Shown one piece after another: positions 40,474 to 48,245 of a DNA stretch of 55,418 nucleotides. This DNA comes from Acidiferrobacterales bacterium (GTDB lineage: Bacteria; Pseudomonadota; Gammaproteobacteria; Acidiferrobacterales; SPGG2). How positions within the stretch are numbered: the first letter of the stretch is position 1; each line of letters starts with the position of its first letter. The stretch is from NCBI GenBank assembly GCA_046758085.1, contig JBHHZP010000002.1:1-55418 (forward strand), given 5' to 3'. The notes beneath the pieces were generated by a model that searched no databases, had not been told where the DNA came from, and was given only the letters and a program-made list of their open reading frames with translations. The position numbers were made by a program, and so were the translations under genes.

Positions 40474-41562
40474 GTGGCTTGGACCTTTTTAAGCGTGGCT
40501 GCTGCCAAAAAATTAGTTGACACCGGGCCTGCTCGATGCCGTTTCGCGATGCTCGTGATTGCCGTGTGGCTGGGGTTCGGCCAGGGGGGGCTGACCATGG
40601 CCGAGGCGGGCACGCGCTCGCCGATCGCGGCGGAAGACCCGGCCCTGCTCGGCTTTGACTTCGATTATGAACGATCGGCCATCCAGCCGACCGAGCGCAT
40701 CGATGGTGGGCGCGAGACGCAAGCCTACCGGGTCCGAGCGCTGGCGATTCCATCGATCGGTGAGAACGGTCAGCCCGGGAACTTGGTGTCGGCGCAATAC
40801 TACGAAAGCAAGCTCCCAGGTCGACACAGACTCGTCATCGTCTTACCGATATGGGGCGCACAGAAATTCCCGCCGAAAAACATGGCCAAGGCATTGCTGC
40901 GACACAGCAACGGTGATATGAACGTCTTGCGGCTTTTGGGCGAGAACCCGCTTATCGACTGGGCGGGAATACAGGCCGCGTCCAGCGAAAGAGAGCTCGT
41001 GGAGATCATGCAGCGCATGGTCGAACGCGTGCGGACTCATGTCATCGACATTCGCCGCTGGATCGACTGGGCCGAGAGCGAACCGGGGGTTGATCCGGGG
41101 CGAATTGGACTGGTCGGTTTCAGTATGGGCGCGAGCGTTGGCAGCCTCGTGTTGGCGAACGAACCGCGCTTTGCCGCCGGCGCGCTGGCCCTGGGCGGGG
41201 CGAACCCGCATGAAGTATTGTCGACCTGTTTTATTCGAAAGATCAAAAAAACCCGCAAGGCACTGCTGTCGCGCTTTCACTGGAGCCCACAGACCTTGGA
41301 GCAAAAAATGAAGCAACCGCTGGCACCGATCAATCCCGCCCGGTTCACGGGCACGGTCAATCCGCAGCGAATCATTATAGTGGAGGCGGGCCGCGACACT
41401 TGCATTCCTAAGAGTGGCCGTGACGCACTCTGGCACGCCATGGGGAAGCCAAGACGTGTGATTTGGCCCATCAATCACAATGTGGGTTTTCTGACCATCA
41501 CCCCCTTGGGCGGCAATATCATGGCGCGCAGGATCTTCGATTTCCTGGATCAGGTGCTGTGA
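40474..41562 (+). CDS. exported alpha/beta-hydrolase-fold protein, paralogue 2
   Basis: GFSMG (GxSxG), EAGRDTC, INHNV. Shares long blocks with paralogue 1: MVERVRTHV, DWAES.P.VDPGRIGL, QPLAPINP. Start uncertain (GTG 40474 or ATG 40549). Confidence 0.8.
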   Translation: MAWTFLSVAAAKKLVDTGPARCRFAMLVIAVWLGFGQGGLTMAEAGTRSPIAAEDPALLGFDFDYERSAIQPTERIDGGRETQAYRVRALAIPSIGENGQPGNLVSAQYYESKLPGRHRLVIVLPIWGAQKFPPKNMAKALLRHSNGDMNVLRLLGENPLIDWAGIQAASSERELVEIMQRMVERVRTHVIDIRRWIDWAESEPGVDPGRIGLVGFSMGASVGSLVLANEPRFAAGALALGGANPHEVLSTCFIRKIKKTRKALLSRFHWSPQTLEQKMKQPLAPINPARFTGTVNPQRIIIVEAGRDTCIPKSGRDALWHAMGKPRRVIWPINHNVGFLTITPLGGNIMARRIFDFLDQVL

Positions 41563-41755
41563 CGCGGCGATTTCCAGTCACCGGCTACGCGGGCTTAGCA
41601 CCGAAACCAGCACCGTCGCACGTAGAGCAGCAGCGAACACAATGTTAAAATCGCTAAGCCGCTGGTCCTCGCTCGTGGTACCCGGCAGCGCTATGCTGGG
41701 CGCCGGCATCAGGCGAATCGGGGTGCTCCAGCGCATTGAAGAGGCTACGGTATCC

Positions 41756-43738
41756 ATGTTAGATCGCAAATCGAAACAACCGGTTTCCTACCGGGATAAT
41801 TGGCGGCCGCACGACGTCCCCGAGACCCGGGGCGAGCGGATCGCTCGGATTCCCGATCGCGACCTGGCGCGGGCGATCGACTCGGCACGCGAAGCGTTGT
41901 TGGCGCTGCAACATGCCGAGGGCTACTGGTGCTTCGAGCTCGAGGCCGACTGCACGATTTCCGCCGAGTATATCTTGATGATGCACTTTATGGGCGAGAT
42001 CGACGTGGCGCTGCAGGCCAAGATCGCGGCGTACCTGCGCGACCGTCAAGACACCCATGGCGGGTGGTCGCTGTACCCGGGCGGTGACTTCGACCTCAGT
42101 GGCTCCGTCAAGGTGTACTATGCGTTGAAGCTCAGCGGCGATTCCCCTGAGGCGCCGCATATGCAGCGGGCGCGGGAAGCGATTCTCGGCCACGGTGGCG
42201 CCGCCTACAGCAACGTCTTTACTCGCATCACGTTGGCGTTGTTCGAGCAGATCCCTTGGCGTGGTGTTCCGTTCATACCGGTGGAGATCATGCTGCTGCC
42301 GCGCTGGTTTCCTTTTCATATCAGCAGGGTGTCGTACTGGTCGCGAACCGTGATGGTTCCGCTGACGATCATGTACAGCCTGAAGGCACGCGCGACGAAC
42401 CCGATCGGTGTCCGCATCGACGAGCTGTTCACGGTGCCGCCCGAGCAGGAACGAAATTATTTTCCGGTACGTTCACGACTTAATCACGTTTTGCTTGCGG
42501 TCGAGCGCAGCGCCCGCCGGCTTGAGCCCCTGATCCCCGGCTGGGTGCGGCGCCGAGCCATCAGGAAGGCGGAAGCCTGGATTATCCAACGGTTGAATGG
42601 CAAGGACGGGCTGGGGGCGATTTTTCCGGCAATGGTCAATGCCCACGAGGTGCTGGCGCTGCTGGGCTACCCGCCGGAGCATCCCTATCGTCGGACGACG
42701 AAGGCGGCGCTGCAAAAGCTCCTGGTGATCGGCGAGCGCTCGGCCTACTGTCAGCCCTGTGTCTCGCCGGTGTGGGATACGGGGCTGGCGTGTCTGGCGT
42801 TGCACGAAGCCAATGGCGGCGAGGCAACGCCCGAAACGCTGCGCGCGCTGGATTGGCTCAAATCCAAGCAGCTGCTCGATCAACCCGGGGACTGGAGCGA
42901 GTACCGGCCAAACCTTCGGCCGGGCGGATGGCCGTTTCAGTTTGGCAACGACCACTATCCCGATCTTGATGATACGGCGCTAGTGGCCTGGGTCATGCAC
43001 GAGACCGGAGATGAACGCTATCGCGAGTCGATCGACCGTGCGGCGGAATGGTTGTGCGGCATGCAGTCCAAGAACGGCGGCTTCGGTTCGTTCGATGCCG
43101 ACAACACTTATTATTACCTGAACGAAATTCCGTTTGCCGATCACGGCGCGTTGTTGGATCCGCCGACTGCCGATGTGAGCGCCCGTTGCGTCACTTTGTT
43201 CGGACGGTTGGGTAGGAGCGAGTATGCGGAATGCTTGCGCCGATGTTTGGACTATTTGCGCAAGGAACAAGAACAAGACGGCTCCTGGTTTGGACGCTGG
43301 GGCACGAACTACATCTACGGCACCTGGTCGGTCCTGATTGCGCTGGAACAAGTGGGTGAGCCCAAGATGCAGCCCTTCATTCGCCGCGCCGTCGAGTGGC
43401 TCAAGTGGATCCAGCAGCCCGACGGGGGCTGGGGGGAGACCAACGACTCCTACCTCTACCCGGATCAGGCCGGTAAGGCAGAGGCGAGCACCGCGTTTCA
43501 GACGGCATGGGCCATGCTCGCGTTGATGGCGGCCGGTGAAACACATTCATCCGAGGTCCGGCGCGGGGCCGACTTTCTATTGCGCACGCAGCAGGCGGAC
43601 GGTTTTTGGACTGACCCGGTGTTTACCTGTCCCGGATTTCCGCGGGTGTTTTATCTCAAATATCACGGATACCAGAAGTTCTTCCCGCTGTGGGCGCTTG
43701 CGCGCTATTACAACTCGCGAAAGCCGAAGGCACTTTGA
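41756..43738 (+). CDS. shc: squalene-hopene cyclase
   Basis: GYWCFELEADCTISAEYILMMHF, DLDDTA catalytic motif, multiple QW repeats (QSKNGGFGSF, EQEQDGSWFGRWG, QQPDGGWGE, QQADGFW). The ORF opens at 41642; the start is uncertain. Confidence 0.95.
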   Translation: MLDRKSKQPVSYRDNWRPHDVPETRGERIARIPDRDLARAIDSAREALLALQHAEGYWCFELEADCTISAEYILMMHFMGEIDVALQAKIAAYLRDRQDTHGGWSLYPGGDFDLSGSVKVYYALKLSGDSPEAPHMQRAREAILGHGGAAYSNVFTRITLALFEQIPWRGVPFIPVEIMLLPRWFPFHISRVSYWSRTVMVPLTIMYSLKARATNPIGVRIDELFTVPPEQERNYFPVRSRLNHVLLAVERSARRLEPLIPGWVRRRAIRKAEAWIIQRLNGKDGLGAIFPAMVNAHEVLALLGYPPEHPYRRTTKAALQKLLVIGERSAYCQPCVSPVWDTGLACLALHEANGGEATPETLRALDWLKSKQLLDQPGDWSEYRPNLRPGGWPFQFGNDHYPDLDDTALVAWVMHETGDERYRESIDRAAEWLCGMQSKNGGFGSFDADNTYYYLNEIPFADHGALLDPPTADVSARCVTLFGRLGRSEYAECLRRCLDYLRKEQEQDGSWFGRWGTNYIYGTWSVLIALEQVGEPKMQPFIRRAVEWLKWIQQPDGGWGETNDSYLYPDQAGKAEASTAFQTAWAMLALMAAGETHSSEVRRGADFLLRTQQADGFWTDPVFTCPGFPRVFYLKYHGYQKFFPLWALARYYNSRKPKAL

Positions 43739-44451
43739 CCCGTCTGGGCGTCGTCGTCGCACTGTCGGCGGAAGCACGTACCCTCCTGAACGAGCCAATC
43801 CAACCCGGTGGGCGTGCCGCGCTCGGCGATGGGTTCGTGCAGCTCTGCGGGATCGGAACCGCCCGTGCCCGCGATGCTGCCGGCGCACTGCTCGAAGCCG
43901 GAGCCACCGCCCTGCTGAGTTGGGGCACCTGCGGTGGGCTTGACATCGCGTTGACTGCCGGGAGTCTGGTTTTGCCGGAGACCGTCGTCTCCTCGGCGGG
44001 TGCGGTCTTCGGCGTCGAACCGGCCTGGCACCAGCGTGTTTCCCGCTGCCTGGCGCGGCATATCGCCTATAGCCACGGGCCGCTGGTAGAAAGTCGCTCG
44101 GTCTTGGGAAGACCGGCGGACAAGAGCGCGCTGTCGCGAGCCACTGGCGCAGTGGCGGTCGATATGGAGAGTGCCGCGGTGGCGGAGGTCGCGCGCGCCG
44201 CAGGCGTCCCGTTCCTGGTCGTTCGCGCCGTGCTCGACCCGGCCCAGCGCACAGTACCTGCCGGTATTCTGCGCGCCACCGACCCGTACGGGCGCGTACG
44301 TGGCTTGCCACTGCTTCAGGCCTTGCTCTGGCGCCCGCGCACGTGGGTCGATCTGTGGCGACTGCGTGCGGACCTGCGCGCGGCGCAGGCAACACTGGCC
44401 CGCGTCGCGCAGCTCGCGGGCCCCGGCCTGCGGGCTCAACAGGAAGTCTAG
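43735..44451 (+). CDS. hpnG: hopanoid-associated nucleosidase/phosphorylase
   Basis: PNP/UDP-family pattern: GVVVALSAEA, GIGTARA, VAVDMESAAVA, PFLVVRAV. TTG start overlaps the shc stop (TTGA); the ORF opens at 43690. Confidence 0.8.
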   Translation: MTRLGVVVALSAEARTLLNEPIQPGGRAALGDGFVQLCGIGTARARDAAGALLEAGATALLSWGTCGGLDIALTAGSLVLPETVVSSAGAVFGVEPAWHQRVSRCLARHIAYSHGPLVESRSVLGRPADKSALSRATGAVAVDMESAAVAEVARAAGVPFLVVRAVLDPAQRTVPAGILRATDPYGRVRGLPLLQALLWRPRTWVDLWRLRADLRAAQATLARVAQLAGPGLRAQQEV

Positions 44452-44478
44452 AAACCTTTGGTATTGTTCCCGAGATTT

Positions 44479-44560
44479 TTCTTGTATCTTGCAGCTGATT
44501 GTCTCTTGTATCTTGCCACTTGCATCTTGGATCTGATTTTTACTTGAATCTTGCCACTGT
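44479..44560. repeat. heptanucleotide-periodic CTTG array (hpnG-hpnA spacer)
   Basis: CTTG recurs at 7-nt steps: 44481/44488, then 44505/44512/44519/44526, then 44543/44550. Units such as ATCTTGC and ACTTGAA resemble the right arm at 7906-7933. Confidence 0.75.
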
Positions 44561-44564
44561 TTTT

Positions 44565-45557
44565 ATGAAAACTCTCGTCACAGGCGCGTCGGGTTTCATC
44601 GGCTCGGCGGTGGTACGCGGGCTGATCGCTGCTGGCCACGACGTGCGCGTGCTGCTTCGGGTGCAGAGCGATCGCGCAAATGTCACCGGCTTGCCGGTGG
44701 AGATCGTGACCGGCGATCTCACCGACAAGGTGTCGTTGGAGCGCGCACTCGCCGGCTGCCGGGCATTATTTCACGTGGCCGCGGACTACCGTATGTGGGT
44801 ACCCGACCCGGATCGGCTATACGCCATCAACGTGACCGGAACGCGCGACATCATGCAGGCCGCCATGACGGCCGGTGTGGAGCGTGTCGTCTATACGAGC
44901 AGCGTGGCGACCCTCGGCCTTCACACCAACGGTGCGCCGGCCGACGAAGATACGCCGGTAAGCCTGGCCGACATGGTCGGCCACTACAAGCGCTCGAAGT
45001 ACCTTGCCGAGGAAGAGGTCCGGCGCCTGGTACGTGCGGAGGGCCTGCCGGCCGTGATTGTGAATCCCTCGGTGCCGATCGGACCGCGTGACATCAAGCC
45101 CACGCCCACGGGGCGCATGATCGTGGAAACCATGTGCGGGCGCATGCCGGCCTATGTCGACACCGGACTGAACCTGGTGCACGTGGACGACGTTGCCACC
45201 GGCCACCTGCTGGCTTTCGAGCGTGCGCAGGTGGGCGAGCGTTACGTGCTCGGCGCGCAAAACATGACACTGAAACAAATCTTGGCCGAGATTGCCCGGC
45301 TTAGCGGCCGGCGCCCGCCGCGAATACGGTTGCCGCACGGCGTCATTCTGCCCATCGCTCATGTCGCCGAGGCCTGGGCGCGGATCACGGGCGCAGCCGA
45401 GCCGCGCGTTAGCGTCGACGGCGTTCGCCTGTCGAAAAAGACCATGTTCTTCTCGATCGAGAAGGCCAGGCGCGAGCTCGGCTTCGCCCCGCGGCCGGTG
45501 GGCGAAGCCCTGGCCGATGCCGTGCGCTGGTTTCGCGAGCACGGCTACTGCAACTGA
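44565..45557 (+). CDS. hpnA: hopanoid-associated NAD-dependent sugar epimerase/reductase
   Basis: MKTLVTGASGFIGSAVV Rossmann motif and a YxxxK site (YKRSKYLAE). Start at the internal ATG after the heptamer array. Confidence 0.85.
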   Translation: MKTLVTGASGFIGSAVVRGLIAAGHDVRVLLRVQSDRANVTGLPVEIVTGDLTDKVSLERALAGCRALFHVAADYRMWVPDPDRLYAINVTGTRDIMQAAMTAGVERVVYTSSVATLGLHTNGAPADEDTPVSLADMVGHYKRSKYLAEEEVRRLVRAEGLPAVIVNPSVPIGPRDIKPTPTGRMIVETMCGRMPAYVDTGLNLVHVDDVATGHLLAFERAQVGERYVLGAQNMTLKQILAEIARLSGRRPPRIRLPHGVILPIAHVAEAWARITGAAEPRVSVDGVRLSKKTMFFSIEKARRELGFAPRPVGEALADAVRWFREHGYCN

Positions 45558-45566
45558 AGCCACCGC

Positions 45567-46211
45567 GTGCCGAGCCCCACCAAGACAGACAATTCCTTTC
45601 TGTGGCTGCTGGTGCTGACGCTCCCGGGCGTGTTCGTGTGGTCGGCGATCAATCCGCATGACCGTCTGACCTGGGCGCTCGAGGTGGCGCCGGTGGTGAT
45701 CGGCGTCGTCATTCTGGTCGCCACGTACCGGGCCTTCCGGTTCACCAACCTGGCCTATGCGATGATAGGGTTGCACGCGCTGATCCTGCTGATCGGGGGG
45801 CACTATACGTACTCCGAGGTCCCGCTGTTCAACTGGGTGAGAGATACGCTTGAGCTTTCGCGCAACCATTACGACCGCGTGGGCCATCTTGCCCAAGGAT
45901 TCTTTCCCGCCATTGTCGTGCGCGAGATCCTGGTACGACTTTCGCTCTTAGAGCCTGGAAAGTGGCTGTTCGTCATCGTTACTTGTGTTGCCTTGGCGAT
46001 CAGCGCGTTCTACGAAATGATCGAGTGGTGGGTCGCCGTGATCAGCGGTACCGCCGCCACGGCGTTCCTAGCGACTCAGGGCGACGTGTGGGACACCCAG
46101 TGGGACATGTTTCTGGCCCTGTGTGGGGCGGTGCTGGCGCAGCTGTTGCTGGGCCGGGCGCATGATCGCGCACTGGCGCGCCTGCGCGGCGCGGGCGTGC
46201 CGACACCCTAG
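45567..46211 (+). CDS. DUF2238/YjdF-family membrane protein
   Basis: Multi-TM protein: NPHDRLTWALEVAPVVIG, GGHYTYSEVPLFNW, RNHYDRVGHLAQGFFPA. Family recalled from memory. Confidence 0.7.
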   Translation: MPSPTKTDNSFLWLLVLTLPGVFVWSAINPHDRLTWALEVAPVVIGVVILVATYRAFRFTNLAYAMIGLHALILLIGGHYTYSEVPLFNWVRDTLELSRNHYDRVGHLAQGFFPAIVVREILVRLSLLEPGKWLFVIVTCVALAISAFYEMIEWWVAVISGTAATAFLATQGDVWDTQWDMFLALCGAVLAQLLLGRAHDRALARLRGAGVPTP

Positions 46212-46395
46212 CCGAATATTTCACCACTGCGCACACAGAGGACGCAGTGAAAAGAAGGTCATGCGGTTCTGGCCTGATACCAAAGGGGCTACGGTGTCAC
46301 ACTTTGCACGGGGGGCCGCTTACCACGGGCGGTGGTTTAACGATTTGTTCCCTCTGCGCTCTCTGGTGTGAGTTCATGCGATATTAGCGCTAACC
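46201..46395 (-). repeat. dispersed ~190-nt repeat, copy B
   Basis: Reverse complement matches copy A with two 9-nt indels. One end overlaps the stop codon of the DUF2238 gene. Confidence 0.8.
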
Positions 46396-46668
46396 CGCTC
46401 AGTCCGGGCCGCGCGGGACGGCGGCTGGAGGCCATCGGTGCCCGCTGATATGGTCGTTTTCTCTGCGCTTGACGCCGCCTTGCTGGTGAACGCGTGCGTT
46501 GGGGCTAGGCCGGCCGGGGCCAGTTGTGGAATAATCCTCATGTTCCAGCGAAGGCACTTGGGCGGCGCAGTTTGCAGACCGTCTTTTCACGTGTCTCCGT
46601 GGTTGCGGCCCCGCAGCGGGGCATAATGGCTACCACCCAATGACGCAGTTCTACCCCAGGAGCTAACA

Positions 46669-47718
46669 ATGGATAGCAATAAGGCCAAAGCGCTGAGTGC
46701 AGCACTCGGTCAGATCGAAAAGCAGTTCGGCAAGGGCTCGGTCATGCGCCTCGGCGATGCGGAGAGGGTCCAGAACATCGATGCCGTGCCGACGGGATCA
46801 CTTGGACTGGACATAGCCTTAGGGATCGGCGGCCTGCCGCGAGGCCGGGTTGTGGAGATCTACGGTCCCGAGTCCTCGGGAAAGACCACCCTCGCCTTAC
46901 AGGCGGTGGCGGAGGTGCAGAAGGCCGGCGGTACTGCTGCCTTTGTCGATGCGGAGCATGCGCTCGATCCGAGCTACGCGCAGCGACTCGGTGTGAACGT
47001 CGACGACCTGCTGGTGTCGCAGCCCGACACCGGTGAGCAGGCGCTGGAAATCACGGACATGTTGGTGCGCTCGGGGGCTGTCGAAGCGGTGGTGGTCGAT
47101 TCGGTCGCAGCGCTCACGCCGAAGGCCGAGATCGAAGGGGAGATGGGCGACTCACATATGGGTCTGCAGGCGCGTCTGATGTCGCAGGCGTTGCGCAAGC
47201 TCACCGCCAACATCAAGCGCTCCAACACGCTGGTGATCTTTATCAATCAAATTCGTATGAAAATCGGCGTGATGTTCGGCAATCCCGAGACCACGACGGG
47301 CGGGAACGCGCTGAAGTTCTACGCCTCGGTCCGGCTGGATATTCGCCGCATCGGCGCCATCAAAAAAGGTGAGGAAATAATCGGCAACCAGACGCGGGTG
47401 AAGGTAGTCAAGAACAAGCTGGCGCCGCCATTCAGGAAATGCGAGTTCGATATCCTTTATAATGAAGGTATTTCCAAGGAGGGCGAGCTCATCGATCTCG
47501 GTGTGGCTGAAGGGTTTGTGGATAAATCGGGTGCCTGGTATAGCTACAATCGCGACCGCATCGGCCAGGGCAAGGACAATGCGCGCCAGTTCCTGAAAGA
47601 CAAGCCCGAGATCGCAGCCGAAATCGAGGCCCGTATCCGCGAGAAGCTCGATATCGGCACCCGCGCGGGTCCGGCTGTGGTGGCCGAGGAAGGGCTGGCC
47701 GAGGAGGTGGAGGCCTGA
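46669..47718 (+). CDS. recA: recombinase RecA
   Basis: [56 protein letters not shown]. Confidence 0.98.
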   Translation: MDSNKAKALSAALGQIEKQFGKGSVMRLGDAERVQNIDAVPTGSLGLDIALGIGGLPRGRVVEIYGPESSGKTTLALQAVAEVQKAGGTAAFVDAEHALDPSYAQRLGVNVDDLLVSQPDTGEQALEITDMLVRSGAVEAVVVDSVAALTPKAEIEGEMGDSHMGLQARLMSQALRKLTANIKRSNTLVIFINQIRMKIGVMFGNPETTTGGNALKFYASVRLDIRRIGAIKKGEEIIGNQTRVKVVKNKLAPPFRKCEFDILYNEGISKEGELIDLGVAEGFVDKSGAWYSYNRDRIGQGKDNARQFLKDKPEIAAEIEARIREKLDIGTRAGPAVVAEEGLAEEVEA

Positions 47719-47728
47719 GCCGGCGCCC

Positions 47729-48178
47729 ATGGATGCAGGGCGCGCCAAGCACAAAGCGCTCGAGTTGCTCGCGCGGCGCGAGCACAGCGGACATGAGTTG
47801 CGCACTAAGCTCGTGCGCAAGGGCTGCGCGGCGGCATTGGCGGATAATGTGGTTGCCGAGCTCGAGGCCGCACGACTGGTGTCCGATGAGCGCTTCGCGG
47901 AGAGCCTGGTGCGGGTGCGGACCGAGCGCGGACATGGCCCGTTGCGCATCGAGCGCGAGTTGCACGACAAGGGGGTCGATGCCGAGCTGATCGAGACAGT
48001 GCTCGACAGCAGCGACCCGCTGTGGCTGGATCTGGTGCGGCGCATTCGCAGAAAAAAGTTTGGCAAGGCGGCACCCAAGGATTACAAGGAACGCGCCAGA
48101 CAGGCGCGTTTTTTACAGTATCGTGGATTTACTTATGATCAAATACAGCGCGCGTTGGCGTCGGATGAGTCAGACTAA
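47729..48178 (+). CDS. recX: recombination regulator RecX
   Basis: KALELLARREHSGHELRTKL, with a helical-repeat layout. Immediately follows recA. Confidence 0.85.
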   Translation: MDAGRAKHKALELLARREHSGHELRTKLVRKGCAAALADNVVAELEAARLVSDERFAESLVRVRTERGHGPLRIERELHDKGVDAELIETVLDSSDPLWLDLVRRIRRKKFGKAAPKDYKERARQARFLQYRGFTYDQIQRALASDESD

Positions 48179-48245
48179 ACCAAGAGAGAGGGGGCGCAGC
48201 GAATTTGTATAGGCTGAGTAACCCGCCGTGCGTGGCTGAACTACT

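Noticed and set aside
44817-45896. 359-aa ORF on the - strand. The same reasoning applies to the long antisense ORFs 14743-15660, 16980-17918, 21128-22000, 43577-44395, 47152-48078, 48129-48971 and 49056-50006.
   Set aside because: All lie antisense to confidently identified genes (hpnA, glyA, ribD, ribBA, hpnG, recA/recX, alaS). Their compositions are dominated by Arg, Ala, Gly, Pro and His.
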